Source: Candidatus Omnitrophota bacterium (GTDB lineage Bacteria > Omnitrophota > Omnitrophia > Omnitrophales > Aquincolibacteriaceae). Taken from it: a DNA stretch of 64,000 nucleotides. Position numbers and translations under genes: made by a program. The notes beneath the pieces are model-generated. The model searched no databases. It was given only the letters and a program-made list of their open reading frames with translations, and had not been told where the DNA came from. Below, piece by piece: positions 1 through 10,062 of the stretch (positions are counted from its first letter, which is position 1; every line of letters starts with the position of its first letter). The stretch is from positions 21,499 to 85,498 of the forward strand of contig JAUYMS010000040.1 of NCBI GenBank assembly GCA_030698625.1. Reading direction: 5' to 3'.

Positions 1-3000
1 CTGAAGGCGCTTCAATTCAAACCTGCAGGAGAGACGGGTAAGGACGCTAACGTTTTGCGCTTCGACGAAGCTGTCTACGATCCGGCCGCCAGAGCAAATT
101 GGCAGAATCTGCTCGTCAATCTCCGGGCCACCCTGAAGGCGGTTAATGAAAATTTTGACGAACAGCTCTCCCGGACGGCGGGTGCGGAGGACGAACATTA
201 CCACCCTCTGCGGCTTACCGATGCACGGCCGGTGCGCGTCCTTCAGAATTTTCTCTCTCAGTACAGCGACAGGATCAATCAGGTCGAGACCGCAAGGCTT
301 TTCATCTTCCTCTTCTCCCGCTATCCCAATGTTTCCGTAGGACGAGTCCGGGAGCTCCTCTTTCCCGGAGGTGAACGAGACCCGATCGAAACCGGGGAGG
401 TCGAACCTCCGAGTGTGGATCCGGCGCCGAGGATCCCAGGCGATGATACGGGCGCTCCGGCTGAGGACACAGGAGATGCTGATGCAGAGCGGAGCGCCCT
501 TGTGCGCGCCAAGATTCCGCCCGAGGCCGTTGAGATCACGGCAGCACTCAATATCGACCAGCGCGATGCCGACGCGAAAGAGCAGATGGAGCAGGTTGTC
601 AGGGAACTCGGCGCGAAGCATAGGGTAAGCGATGAGTACAGCATGCGCGTCCTTAAAGTTAAGGTGCAGGAATTTAACAATCTCGTCACGCACTACATTC
701 CCGAAAATGACGGGCCTCGCCAGGTCTATCTCGAGAGCCACGATGAGGGCAACCTCGAGATCGCTTTTCACAGGGATCCGCTCGAAGGCCCGAACGCGTT
801 GGTCCCGCTCGGGTTTCACATGCATCGCCGGGGCGCGGGTGGAATCGGCACTGAGTCGTGGACCTTTCCGCTGGGCGACCCCACAAATCTGGTGGGGGTC
901 CACATTGTGCCTGAGCCGGACTATAACGGTCACCGGAACATCTACCTGCATTTCCGTGAATTGACTCCGCCCATGATGGAAGTGATCCGGGAATTTGCCA
1001 GGGCACTCGCCTATCTTGAAAAGCGCCGCAGCATTCACACCAAGGACGGGGTTATCCAAATCGAAACTCTCTATACAACCTGGCATATTCTGGCAGACAA
1101 GACACCGGTTTGGAACCCTGAATCACGGCGTCCCGATTTCACGGTTACAGAAGGCTTCAGTCAGGCTCTGACCAAGGCATTGAAGAAACAAAAGGACACA
1201 TGGAAGCGAACGGAAAATAAGAATTCGTATGCTAAATATGTCCCTGAGGACCGTGGCCTGGAAGAAGGTAAAGGGCACTTCGAAGTGATGAAGGATTCCT
1301 GGCATGATGCGCAACTATTCCTTCCCGGATTGTTTTTTGACTTCACCAAGACTGAGAGCGCGACTCGGTTTGGAGCGACACCTGATAGCGGAATCCTTAA
1401 ATGGGAAGTTCGAAAAGAGGATATCCGCGGGGTCAGTCTCAAAAGGACCGATGCGGGCAAAGAGCGGCTGGAACTCTACTTTGATGCCGATGAATTTGAG
1501 ACGTACCGCATTGCGGCCCTGGCCGGCAAGGATTATGACGGCCGGTCGTACGACCGCACGAAGACCGCAGAACATACCGAGATCGACGAGAATGGCGTCA
1601 TCACGGTAACAAGCGATGACGGCGACGAGATCGTGTTTATATTTAATCAAAGTCACACACCAAGATCGGATCGGCGGCTCGCGCCTGTCAGGCGAGGCGG
1701 CCCGCTGCTGACGACACCGGACGAGCTACGGCGTGTGCTCGCACCCTTTGAGGGTTTCAGGGCCGCTGCTGATCTTTTGGAGATCGAGCCCAGTTTCGAA
1801 TACGGCCAGCTGAAGATGAAGCATCGGCTCGGTATTCCGCCACAGGTTGGCGCCACGATCGTGGCTGAAAACGGGAACGTGGTCGGCGGCGAGCTCATGC
1901 TGATTCAAGACGCCCGCGCCGGTGAAATCGTGGGGCCGGCCATTCACACTCAGGGCTTCAAAGGAATCCGCGTTCGCGTTGATGCGGATCCGGAAACGGG
2001 CATCCAGCACAAAGTCATCGAATTCCATTTCTCGGGCTATGTTCTTCCGAGCACCGAAGACCTCGTAAAAATACGCACTCATGCGGCCTTCAAACAGGCC
2101 CTGCTGCTTAAAGGCCAATTCCGCGAGGACGTGCATTATGAAATTCTGGCCGGCAACGATGTCGAATTCCTAAATACGCTTCGAGGCAATGCAGAACCGC
2201 GCGGAAACGAGTCCGTCTCGCCCGCATCTCAAGCGCTTGTCGGTGACCGGCTCGCTTCGGAAGCCGAACCGGCGGGAGAACCAAGAGAAGAATCGCCGCC
2301 TTCTGCGCTGGAACAAAGGGAGCTGCGCGCCGTTTTTGTGGCGGGACGATTTGACGAGTTCCTTGAGCGCGAGAATTCGCCCAAGTTATTGACCGGCCAG
2401 CAGGTGCTTAAAGCACTGCACAAGTTTGTTCGCTCGACCGAATACGAAATCGAACTTGAAGAAGCCGAGGCGATTCTTAAGCATCTCAATGATTCCTATG
2501 CTGCATATCAACTCGAGACAAAGATACTATCTGCCGAAGCGCAGATAGAAAGCGAATGGGCCCCTACTTTCACTGAGGCCCTCGGAGGCAACGCCCTATT
2601 TACTCGATTGAGGACACTGGACTTTTCTGCAACCCTCGATGGGTTGAAAAAATTCTTATCGGCATTCCGGGGTGCGGGCGAGGGCATTATCCAGGTTGAG
2701 GACATTGCCAACTTTGAGGTCTTTACGGGCAAGGTCCTATCGGTCGAGGTCATTAATGAGATCGCGGCCTACGTTAACACGGAAGGCGGATTTACCCTCG
2801 ACGCACAGTTCGCGGATGATGAATTAGATGATTTTGCCCGTGAGTTGAAAGAAACCCTTCAAGATGGCCGGCCTATAAGGCAAAAACTCTTAGTGTATCT
2901 CGATAGTCAGGATGAGTACGGGGAGAACGTAACGGGAACCTGGCCGGGCCCGAATGACCAAGGCACCTTCCGCGCTTATACCGTAACGCAGTTAATCGCG

Positions 3001-4629
3001 GCCCTCATCGAATTCGACCAAGCCAATGACCAATCACTTGACGATATTACTATCGAGGCGCTAGTGCGTGAGTTAAATGCACGAGGCGGGCAACATCGAT
3101 TGCTGCAAACGGCACGCACCCCCGGAGAACTCACCGAATGGGTCGAAGATATTACCACAGCGGTGATTGCGGCGGGCCGCGACAATGGCTTCAGCCCCTT
3201 TGATGATGCCTACGGCTTAGGCGAAGAAGATTTTAGAGTCTTTTGGGAGCAAATCTTTACGGGGTTACAGCGACTAAACTTGCGCACATTAATCGCGGAA
3301 ATCGTCCGCTTTGAAGCCTATACCGGCAATGAACTCCCGGATGAAGCGATCGAAGCTATTATCGCGGGCGCCAATGACCGGAACGGGCGGCTTTTCGTAC
3401 TTGAGCAAATTCTTGATGAACGGGGACTCGGACGCGCGGCGCAGAACGCCAAGCGCGATGTGAAACGGGCCCGGCTTAAGCGTCCGAACACAGACATGCG
3501 TTCCGAACTGAGGAGTGCCGTATTCGATAAGGATGAGCTCGACAGCATGTTCTTTGAAATGCAATACGGCACGGATCAGGGTTTCCTTAGTACGTACAAG
3601 CTGACAGATGCGGATGGCCTGATATTGAGACTGCTGGCTTTGCACGGAGACAAGCTCGACTGGTTTAGCGGAACTATCGAGGTTGTTCGCGGGCCTGTCA
3701 AAAAGGCGGGAGACAACATGTTCCTGCATCTTGATCTTGAGGAGATATTGCGGGAATTCACATTTCAGATAAACGGGAAGAACTCTCACTTCCTTCTGCG
3801 TCAGAGGGGTGAGAAATTTGACGTTGTTTTGAGAGAATCGCTGGTGAACTCTTTCTTGAATGGTTACGCGGCGGGTGACGTGACCGTCGTCGAGGCCTTG
3901 GCCGGCGCTCTTAATGTGGAGGGAACCGAAGCTGCCATTGCGAAGCGTCGATCAGCCCTCATTGAAAGTGCGCAATACGCCAACACCTTGTTCCGGGATC
4001 TTGTGCCGCATATGCGCGCGCGCACTCCCGAGAACCTTGGTGCCGAGCGCTACATGATCGTCTCACAAGACGTTGTGGCTAAGAATATGGGGTTTGCCCG
4101 TACGGCGCGCTTCCTGGCGGGTATGGGCTATCGCCTCTTTGTGCGGCTGAATGAGATGCCTCAGAATGAGCAGGCGATTGAGAACTTCCTTTCTATATAT
4201 CATCTCGAGGGGCTGGCGCGGGAAGACTTCATAACGCCTGTCTACGGTAACGCGGTACAAGTAACAGCGCAGATGCACCGCGCCGGTGTGCGATATCAAT
4301 TGACAGCAGAGAACCTGATCACACTAGGGTTCGATAGCGACGGACTCGCGAATGAATTTGCAGAATACAGCCACCTGGTCTTGGGCGATGAGATATTGGG
4401 CAAACGCCGCGATGCTCGTGCCGATGCACCCACGGCTTTAATCGCGGCATTAATTCTAGAGGCGCCCGTAAAAATCAGAGAACTCGGAGAGGAAATTGTT
4501 ACGGTTACGGATGCAACCCGCCGTTGGGACTTGCACCAATCCCCGGTGGCCTTCGACATGTCGGAGTTTCTGGCCGATGAGGTCGAAAACTATCATCGTT
4601 TGGCAAAGGCTCTCAGCGCTTCGGCGTAA
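1..4629 (+). CDS. Very large hypothetical protein, 5'-truncated by window (>1540 aa visible); internal repeats, RSELR motif
   Basis: Frame of the 55..4629 ORF is open back to base 1 (LKALQFKPAGETGKDANVLRFDE...); acidic multi-domain sequence, RSELR at 3499-3513, ends ...RLAKALSASA. Confidence 0.85.
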   Translation: MKALQFKPAGETGKDANVLRFDEAVYDPAARANWQNLLVNLRATLKAVNENFDEQLSRTAGAEDEHYHPLRLTDARPVRVLQNFLSQYSDRINQVETARLFIFLFSRYPNVSVGRVRELLFPGGERDPIETGEVEPPSVDPAPRIPGDDTGAPAEDTGDADAERSALVRAKIPPEAVEITAALNIDQRDADAKEQMEQVVRELGAKHRVSDEYSMRVLKVKVQEFNNLVTHYIPENDGPRQVYLESHDEGNLEIAFHRDPLEGPNALVPLGFHMHRRGAGGIGTESWTFPLGDPTNLVGVHIVPEPDYNGHRNIYLHFRELTPPMMEVIREFARALAYLEKRRSIHTKDGVIQIETLYTTWHILADKTPVWNPESRRPDFTVTEGFSQALTKALKKQKDTWKRTENKNSYAKYVPEDRGLEEGKGHFEVMKDSWHDAQLFLPGLFFDFTKTESATRFGATPDSGILKWEVRKEDIRGVSLKRTDAGKERLELYFDADEFETYRIAALAGKDYDGRSYDRTKTAEHTEIDENGVITVTSDDGDEIVFIFNQSHTPRSDRRLAPVRRGGPLLTTPDELRRVLAPFEGFRAAADLLEIEPSFEYGQLKMKHRLGIPPQVGATIVAENGNVVGGELMLIQDARAGEIVGPAIHTQGFKGIRVRVDADPETGIQHKVIEFHFSGYVLPSTEDLVKIRTHAAFKQALLLKGQFREDVHYEILAGNDVEFLNTLRGNAEPRGNESVSPASQALVGDRLASEAEPAGEPREESPPSALEQRELRAVFVAGRFDEFLERENSPKLLTGQQVLKALHKFVRSTEYEIELEEAEAILKHLNDSYAAYQLETKILSAEAQIESEWAPTFTEALGGNALFTRLRTLDFSATLDGLKKFLSAFRGAGEGIIQVEDIANFEVFTGKVLSVEVINEIAAYVNTEGGFTLDAQFADDELDDFARELKETLQDGRPIRQKLLVYLDSQDEYGENVTGTWPGPNDQGTFRAYTVTQLIAALIEFDQANDQSLDDITIEALVRELNARGGQHRLLQTARTPGELTEWVEDITTAVIAAGRDNGFSPFDDAYGLGEEDFRVFWEQIFTGLQRLNLRTLIAEIVRFEAYTGNELPDEAIEAIIAGANDRNGRLFVLEQILDERGLGRAAQNAKRDVKRARLKRPNTDMRSELRSAVFDKDELDSMFFEMQYGTDQGFLSTYKLTDADGLILRLLALHGDKLDWFSGTIEVVRGPVKKAGDNMFLHLDLEEILREFTFQINGKNSHFLLRQRGEKFDVVLRESLVNSFLNGYAAGDVTVVEALAGALNVEGTEAAIAKRRSALIESAQYANTLFRDLVPHMRARTPENLGAERYMIVSQDVVAKNMGFARTARFLAGMGYRLFVRLNEMPQNEQAIENFLSIYHLEGLAREDFITPVYGNAVQVTAQMHRAGVRYQLTAENLITLGFDSDGLANEFAEYSHLVLGDEILGKRRDARADAPTALIAALILEAPVKIRELGEEIVTVTDATRRWDLHQSPVAFDMSEFLADEVENYHRLAKALSASA

Positions 4630-5479
4630 GCCTCTTGAGCAATTTCATTATTTTCCTGGGCATTTGTGTTTGAGCGGCCTTCCACTTCTTTTCCTCCGGT
4701 GTTGTCTCAACCCAAGCGACATGCCGCTGCATACCTTTATAATGCGGATTGGGGGTCCTGTTTAAGGCATAATAATAAACGGCCAATGAGTTCCTTCTCC
4801 GGCCTTCGGGACAGGTCAATGGCTGCGGGTGCCCATGGTAGGAATACGTTCCCGTATCAAAAATAACGCAGCGATTATAAATCGGCAGAATCCGTTTTTC
4901 GCACTGAGTCGCATCCCGGTTCCATAATTCAAGATGGCCGCCGTACTCTTCACGCCAATCTTTGTTCAAAAATAGAATCAAGTTATAACGCTGATGAATC
5001 ATATCGCCGCTTTTAATGGGATGCCGGTTCGTGTCGGTATGAATCATGAGCTTGCCGCCGCGGCCCGTCGAGTGAAGGCCGCAGCCATTAAAAGAGGGGT
5101 CGACCAGTAAGTCAGTAGCCCTTGTCAAAGACTTGAGGAAGCGAAGGAATGTGCTGGAAATGAGCTGGCCCATAAAATGACGCGTGAAAGGGCCGAATTT
5201 TGCATCATTCGCTACGCCCACCTTCTCAATATTCTTGTCGCCCGTATTTTCGGTCTCGCCGGGCCCCCAGAGTTTCCATTTGATTTGATTGATCGCTGGG
5301 AACTCATCGACGGCAATATCCAGTATTTCAGGAGGCATAAAGTTGTCGATAACGACATGCGGGAAGGGCTTGGCGGATGCGAATTCGTCTCGATACTTGT
5401 CCGCAACTTGCAGCAATTCTTGTGCGTCGAAATAAAAAGCCGGTATCTTTTCCGTAGGAATTGACGTGATTTCAGGCAT
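4613..5479 (-). CDS. 2OG-Fe(II) oxygenase (2OG-FeII_Oxy_3-like)
   Basis: PFPHVVIDNF N-terminus, HxD (HTD), GGHLELW, distal His in SYHGHP, RRNSLAVYYY 2OG-binding Arg. Confidence 0.9.
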   Translation of the reverse strand: MPEITSIPTEKIPAFYFDAQELLQVADKYRDEFASAKPFPHVVIDNFMPPEILDIAVDEFPAINQIKWKLWGPGETENTGDKNIEKVGVANDAKFGPFTRHFMGQLISSTFLRFLKSLTRATDLLVDPSFNGCGLHSTGRGGKLMIHTDTNRHPIKSGDMIHQRYNLILFLNKDWREEYGGHLELWNRDATQCEKRILPIYNRCVIFDTGTYSYHGHPQPLTCPEGRRRNSLAVYYYALNRTPNPHYKGMQRHVAWVETTPEEKKWKAAQTQMPRKIMKLLKRLTPKR

Positions 5480-5499
5480 AATTCAGCTATATTACATCT

Positions 5500-6354
5500 A
5501 TGAAGATAAAGCGCAAAGCTCAAAAAATACTCAGAAACTCAGTCAAACAACTGTATAGCACCGCTTCTATTAGGCGGTCTCTCATTCGTTTTGCTGTTGC
5601 CAGGCTAAGCGGGGACTATAGAGCGCGTCTCTATGCGGAGGCATTAGAGCGCCCTCATTACGGGTATTGCGTCTACAATGCGGCACTTCTGGCTAAAAAG
5701 CTCGGGCATAAGCGGATAAGCATTTTAGAATTTGGGGTTGCCGGAGGGGAGGGGTTGCGGAGTCTGGAATATCACGCGACTCAAGTCAGCCGTCTCTTAT
5801 CCATAGAAATCGAGCTCTATGGTTTTGACACAGGCACCGGCTTACCGGACCCTGTGGATTACAGGGATCTTCCATACCACTGGCAGGAGGGGTTCTTTCG
5901 CATGGATGTGGAGAAATTAAAGGGGTCGTTGAAGCGCGCGAAACTAGTCGTCGGCGACATTGCGGATACAGTTAAAACTTTTACCGCGACTTATAACCCT
6001 GCGCCGATTGCCGCAATTATGTTCGATCTCGACTTTTATTCCTCAACGACCGCCTCTTTTGAGATATTCAACATCCCGCGATCTTACTATCTTCCCCGCG
6101 TGTTTTGCTATTTCGACGATGTTCTCGGCGGAAACGTGGAGCTTTACAACAGCTATACGGGAGTCCTTCTGGCGATCAAGGAATTCAACGAGGGCCGGGA
6201 TGAGAAAAAGATAGATCGGGCGCATTACTTGCTGGCTAAGCCGCTGCAGAGTAAATGGTATCGGCAGATCTATGTTTTTCATGATTTTGCGCACGAGTCC
6301 TATAATTCGTTCATTGGAAAGCGAAACCCGCAGCTTTCTCTAAAGCCCGTCTAA
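5500..6354 (+). CDS. TylF/MycF-like class I SAM O-methyltransferase
   Basis: LEFGVAGG, YGFDTGTGLP, DLDFYSST, YFDD motifs. Confidence 0.75.
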   Translation: MKIKRKAQKILRNSVKQLYSTASIRRSLIRFAVARLSGDYRARLYAEALERPHYGYCVYNAALLAKKLGHKRISILEFGVAGGEGLRSLEYHATQVSRLLSIEIELYGFDTGTGLPDPVDYRDLPYHWQEGFFRMDVEKLKGSLKRAKLVVGDIADTVKTFTATYNPAPIAAIMFDLDFYSSTTASFEIFNIPRSYYLPRVFCYFDDVLGGNVELYNSYTGVLLAIKEFNEGRDEKKIDRAHYLLAKPLQSKWYRQIYVFHDFAHESYNSFIGKRNPQLSLKPV

Positions 6355-6491
6355 TCAGCATACTAGGAGAGTTATCACCAGCTAGTGATAAGGCGCAATT
6401 CCTTTCATATATTCTCAGTTTTAACTGTGAATCTAACTCTCCAAAGGGGTTGTCCTCAAAGCATTTATAGCTTAAAATGGGCGCTTGCTGC

Positions 6492-6521
6492 ACATGTAGT
6501 CAAGTCGAGACTTGACCCCTT
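6492..6521 (+). repeat. Orphan REP-like hairpin repeat, copy 1
   Basis: ACATGTAGTCAAGTCGAGACTTGACCCCTT; exact reverse complement of 21078-21107; stem GTCAAGTC-GA-GACTTGAC. Confidence 0.95.
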
Positions 6522-6532
6522 CGAAAGGATGT

Positions 6533-7633
6533 ATGAAGAAAGCGCTGATCACGGGTGTTACGGGGCAGGACGGGAGCTATCTGGCGGAATTTCTGCTCAG
6601 TATGGGCTATGAGGTTCATGGCTTAAACCGGCGGTCGAGTTCTATTAATACGCAGCGCATTGCGCATCTGATAGATGAAGAGGACACCACCAATGAGCGG
6701 TTCTTTCTTCACCACGGTGACCTCGGCGATTCAGGAAAGCTCCTCGATCTTGTCCATAATGTAAAGCCCGATGAGATTTATCATCTCGGGGCACAGAGCC
6801 ACGTCAAAGTCAGCTTTGAAATTCCGGAGTACACCCTCGATGCCAATATCCTGGGCACGGTGAGGTTGCTCGAAGCGGTACGGCGCAGCGGCCTCCAGAC
6901 AAAGATTTATCAGGCATCGTCCAGTGAAATGTTTGGAAGCACCCCGCCGCCGCAGAATGAACAAAGCCCTTTTCATCCCCGTAGTCCCTACGCCGTCTCC
7001 AAAGTTGCGGCGTACTGGATCATGGTGAACTATCGCGAAAGTTACGGCATGTTTGCCTCCAACGGAATTCTTTTTAACCATGAGTCTCCGCGCAGGGGAG
7101 AAACCTTCATCACCCGAAAGATTACCCGCGCCGTAGCCCGCATCAAAAAAGGGCTTCAAAAGAAACTCTATCTGGGAAACCTGGAAGCACGCCGCGACTG
7201 GGGCTTTGCTCCCGAGTATGTCGAAGGCATGTGGCGTATCCTGCAGTTGGACAAGCCCGATGACTTTGTCATAGGCTCCGGTGAGACGCACAGCGTGCGC
7301 GAATTCGCGGAGGCTGCCTTTTCTTACGCGGACATGGATTGGCAGGAGTACGTCGAGGTGGATCCGCGGTATTTTCGCCCGGCCGAGGTGAACAACCTCG
7401 CCACCGAAATGGCAAAGGCGCGGGACATGCTGCATTGGCAGCCGCGCATCAAGTTTCAGGATCTCGTTAAAATTATGGTCGACTACGACCTTGAGTCTCT
7501 TGGACTTACTGCCAAGGGCGAGGGCAAAAAAGTCCTCCGGAAAAAGATGCTCTGGCTTTCTGAAAAACAAAAGTTTGAAATCTTCCAAAAGGATCTCGAA
7601 GAGGCGCTCTCGACACACAAGAGAAAGTCTTAA
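6533..7633 (+). CDS. gmd: GDP-mannose 4,6-dehydratase
   Basis: [53 protein letters not shown]; ATG 6533 with AAAGGA RBS. Confidence 0.97.
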   Translation: MKKALITGVTGQDGSYLAEFLLSMGYEVHGLNRRSSSINTQRIAHLIDEEDTTNERFFLHHGDLGDSGKLLDLVHNVKPDEIYHLGAQSHVKVSFEIPEYTLDANILGTVRLLEAVRRSGLQTKIYQASSSEMFGSTPPPQNEQSPFHPRSPYAVSKVAAYWIMVNYRESYGMFASNGILFNHESPRRGETFITRKITRAVARIKKGLQKKLYLGNLEARRDWGFAPEYVEGMWRILQLDKPDDFVIGSGETHSVREFAEAAFSYADMDWQEYVEVDPRYFRPAEVNNLATEMAKARDMLHWQPRIKFQDLVKIMVDYDLESLGLTAKGEGKKVLRKKMLWLSEKQKFEIFQKDLEEALSTHKRKS

Positions 7634-7636
7634 ATT

Positions 7637-9622
7637 GTGAAGAAACTCACCATCCAAATGCTGCAACCCAACAGCGCGTACGGCAAGCAGCAGTACCTAC
7701 CTTACAGTGTTGGCATGTTGATATCCTACGTGCAGCAATATCCCGATCTCTACAAAAAGCTCGAATTCCGGCCTCTGCTTTACAAACGTGACAAGGTCGA
7801 ATCGATTGTCGGCCAGATCGGCGAGGTGGATGTGTTGTGTCTGTCGAGCTATATTTGGAATTTTCGTTTAAATATGGCAATCGCTTGTGAAGTGCGCAAG
7901 CGTCAGCCCGGTTGTCTTATTGTTGTGGGCGGACCTCATGTGCCTGACCAAATCGAAGGCTTCTTTGAGCAAAATCCCTTCCTTGATGCGGCCTGTCACC
8001 GCGAGGGGGAAAAGACGTTTTGTCATGTGCTAAAAGCCATTACCAAAGACCAACCCCTCAATAACATTGACGGCCTCTCTTATTACGACCGCGCAACCGG
8101 AGAAATTTTCAAGAACCCCATGCGGACGCGAATCGAACATCTTGACGAAATCCCGTCGCCCTATTTGACCGGAGTTTTTGACCACCTTTTCCGGCCTGAC
8201 AATGATGTCGAGTGGCAGGTGATGTGGGAAACAAACCGCGGATGCCCGTTTACGTGCACCTTTTGTGATTGGGGTTCTGCCATTGCAAGCAAGGTGCGGA
8301 AATTCGGCATGGACCGGCTGCTGGGCGAGATTCAGTGGTTTGCGGATCATCGTGTCAGCTGGGTATTCGGCTGTGACGCCAACTTTGGGATTCTCCCGAG
8401 AGATAAAGAACTTGCGGCGGCGCTAGCTGAAGCCAAAGAGAGAACCGGCTACCCCCACCAGTTCCGAGTGTGCTTCACGAAGAACAGTAACAATCGTGTT
8501 TTTGGCGTCGCCAAGATCCTGCATGACGCTCACATGTCAAAAGGGGTGTCGCTCAGTATGCAGTCTCTCGACAGCGAAACCCTGGCAAACGTGCGGCGCG
8601 ACAACATCAAGCTTGAGGTCTTCCATGAATTGCAGGCCCGTTATCTCGAAGAGGGCGTCGCTACATTCTCCGAGCTCATCATCGGGCTACCCGGCGAAAC
8701 TTATGAGAGCTTCAGAAACGGTCTGGATGTTTTACTCGACCAGGGGCAGCATAGCGGCATCAATATCTATAACTGTTCGGTCATGCCGAACGCCGAAATG
8801 GGAGATCCTGAATATCAGAAAAAATACAAATTACGAATGGTGGATCAGCCGATTTTTCAGGCGCATGCCGCCCGGCTCGCAGATGACGTCATGGTCGAAT
8901 ACGAACCGATTGTGATAGAGACTCACAGCATGACCGTCGCCGACTGGAGGCGCATCTATCACTTTGCTTGGGCGGTGCAGTGCTTTCACTTACTCGGAAG
9001 CCTTCAGGCCGTCAGTGTACTTTTAAGGAATAGGTACGGCGTGCGGTACAGCACTTTTTACGAAGCTGTTATTGAATTCGGGCAGAGAAATCCCGGCAGT
9101 GTTTTGAACAGCGAGATGGGGATACTCGACGGAGTGCTCGATAATATTCTTTCAGGCACGGGCTCAGATCAGTACCTGACGGAGTTTCTCGACATCACCT
9201 GGCCGCCGGAAGAAGCGTCCCATTTGCGTTTTGCAAAGGATATCGACGGCTTTTATCGCGAGTGCCGCCACTTTCTCGATGAGTTTCTCCTTGCGCAAAA
9301 AGTCGACATGCCTGAGGCTTTAAAAGATGATCTTATGCGCTACCAGCAAGCGACCTTAGTGCATTACGATCGCCGGAACGACGTTACTTTAAATCTTAGA
9401 TATAATCTTGATGAGTATATCAAGGGTTGCCGCAAGGGAAATTCTGTAGCCTTCGAAAAAGGAGATTTTAAATACAAAGTAACGGCCACGCATAAACTGG
9501 AGGGTGATGCCGAAAAGTTCGCCCGTGAGGTGGTTTGGTACGGAAGAAAAGGCGGGAAATTCATTTACCCCGTGGAGCGAGTTCATGCGGATGATTTTGC
9601 ATCCATTGGGAGAGGCGTGTAG
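7637..9622 (+). CDS. Cobalamin-binding radical SAM protein (class B methyltransferase-like) #1
   Basis: B12-binding domain (GGPH, REGE), [14 protein letters not shown] CxxxCxx[14 protein letters not shown]. Confidence 0.92.
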   Translation: MKKLTIQMLQPNSAYGKQQYLPYSVGMLISYVQQYPDLYKKLEFRPLLYKRDKVESIVGQIGEVDVLCLSSYIWNFRLNMAIACEVRKRQPGCLIVVGGPHVPDQIEGFFEQNPFLDAACHREGEKTFCHVLKAITKDQPLNNIDGLSYYDRATGEIFKNPMRTRIEHLDEIPSPYLTGVFDHLFRPDNDVEWQVMWETNRGCPFTCTFCDWGSAIASKVRKFGMDRLLGEIQWFADHRVSWVFGCDANFGILPRDKELAAALAEAKERTGYPHQFRVCFTKNSNNRVFGVAKILHDAHMSKGVSLSMQSLDSETLANVRRDNIKLEVFHELQARYLEEGVATFSELIIGLPGETYESFRNGLDVLLDQGQHSGINIYNCSVMPNAEMGDPEYQKKYKLRMVDQPIFQAHAARLADDVMVEYEPIVIETHSMTVADWRRIYHFAWAVQCFHLLGSLQAVSVLLRNRYGVRYSTFYEAVIEFGQRNPGSVLNSEMGILDGVLDNILSGTGSDQYLTEFLDITWPPEEASHLRFAKDIDGFYRECRHFLDEFLLAQKVDMPEALKDDLMRYQQATLVHYDRRNDVTLNLRYNLDEYIKGCRKGNSVAFEKGDFKYKVTATHKLEGDAEKFAREVVWYGRKGGKFIYPVERVHADDFASIGRGV

Positions 9623-9624
9623 CC

Positions 9625-10062
9625 ATGGGCGCAGACCCAAAAACCGTGTATGTCGCGATGGCCGCGGACATTCTTCACCCCGGTCACATGAATGTGATCA
9701 AAGTTGCCCGGGAATACGGTGATATCGTAATCGGCTTACTCACGGACAAGGCGATCGAGGAATACAAACGGTCGCCATGGATGAAGTACGACGAGCGCAA
9801 AGCGGTCGTAGAAAATATTAAGGGAGTCAGCCGCATTATGGCGCAGGATTCACTGGACTATGTGGCCAACCTGCGGGCGCTCAAGCCCGACTATGTCGTG
9901 CACGGGGATGACTGGAGGAACGGCGTTCAAACTGAAACTCGGCAGAGGGTCATCGATGCGCTTAAGGAATGGGGCGGGAAACTTATCGAAACGCCCTATA
10001 CGGCGGGGATTTCTTCAACCGCCCTTATGGAAAGAATGCGAGCCCGGGCGTCGGCGCTTTAA
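9625..10062 (+). CDS. Stand-alone HIGH-type cytidylyltransferase (CTP_transf_like), similar to the CyTase domain usually fused to PepM/AepX/Fom1
   Basis: [32 protein letters not shown] motifs. Confidence 0.9.
   Translation: MGADPKTVYVAMAADILHPGHMNVIKVAREYGDIVIGLLTDKAIEEYKRSPWMKYDERKAVVENIKGVSRIMAQDSLDYVANLRALKPDYVVHGDDWRNGVQTETRQRVIDALKEWGGKLIETPYTAGISSTALMERMRARASAL

Noticed and set aside
6355-6491. AT-rich intergenic stretch with a short ACTAG/CTAGT inverted pair as ncRNA, cobalamin riboswitch or terminator
   Set aside because: No convincing stem, poly-T tract or B12-box consensus could be identified by eye
6731-7666. 311-aa antisense ORF, and similar ones at 16238-16909, 17497-18246, 34059-34763, 47315-48139 and 59351-60046
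   Set aside because: They lie opposite well-conserved genes and have no recognisable motifs; shadow ORFs
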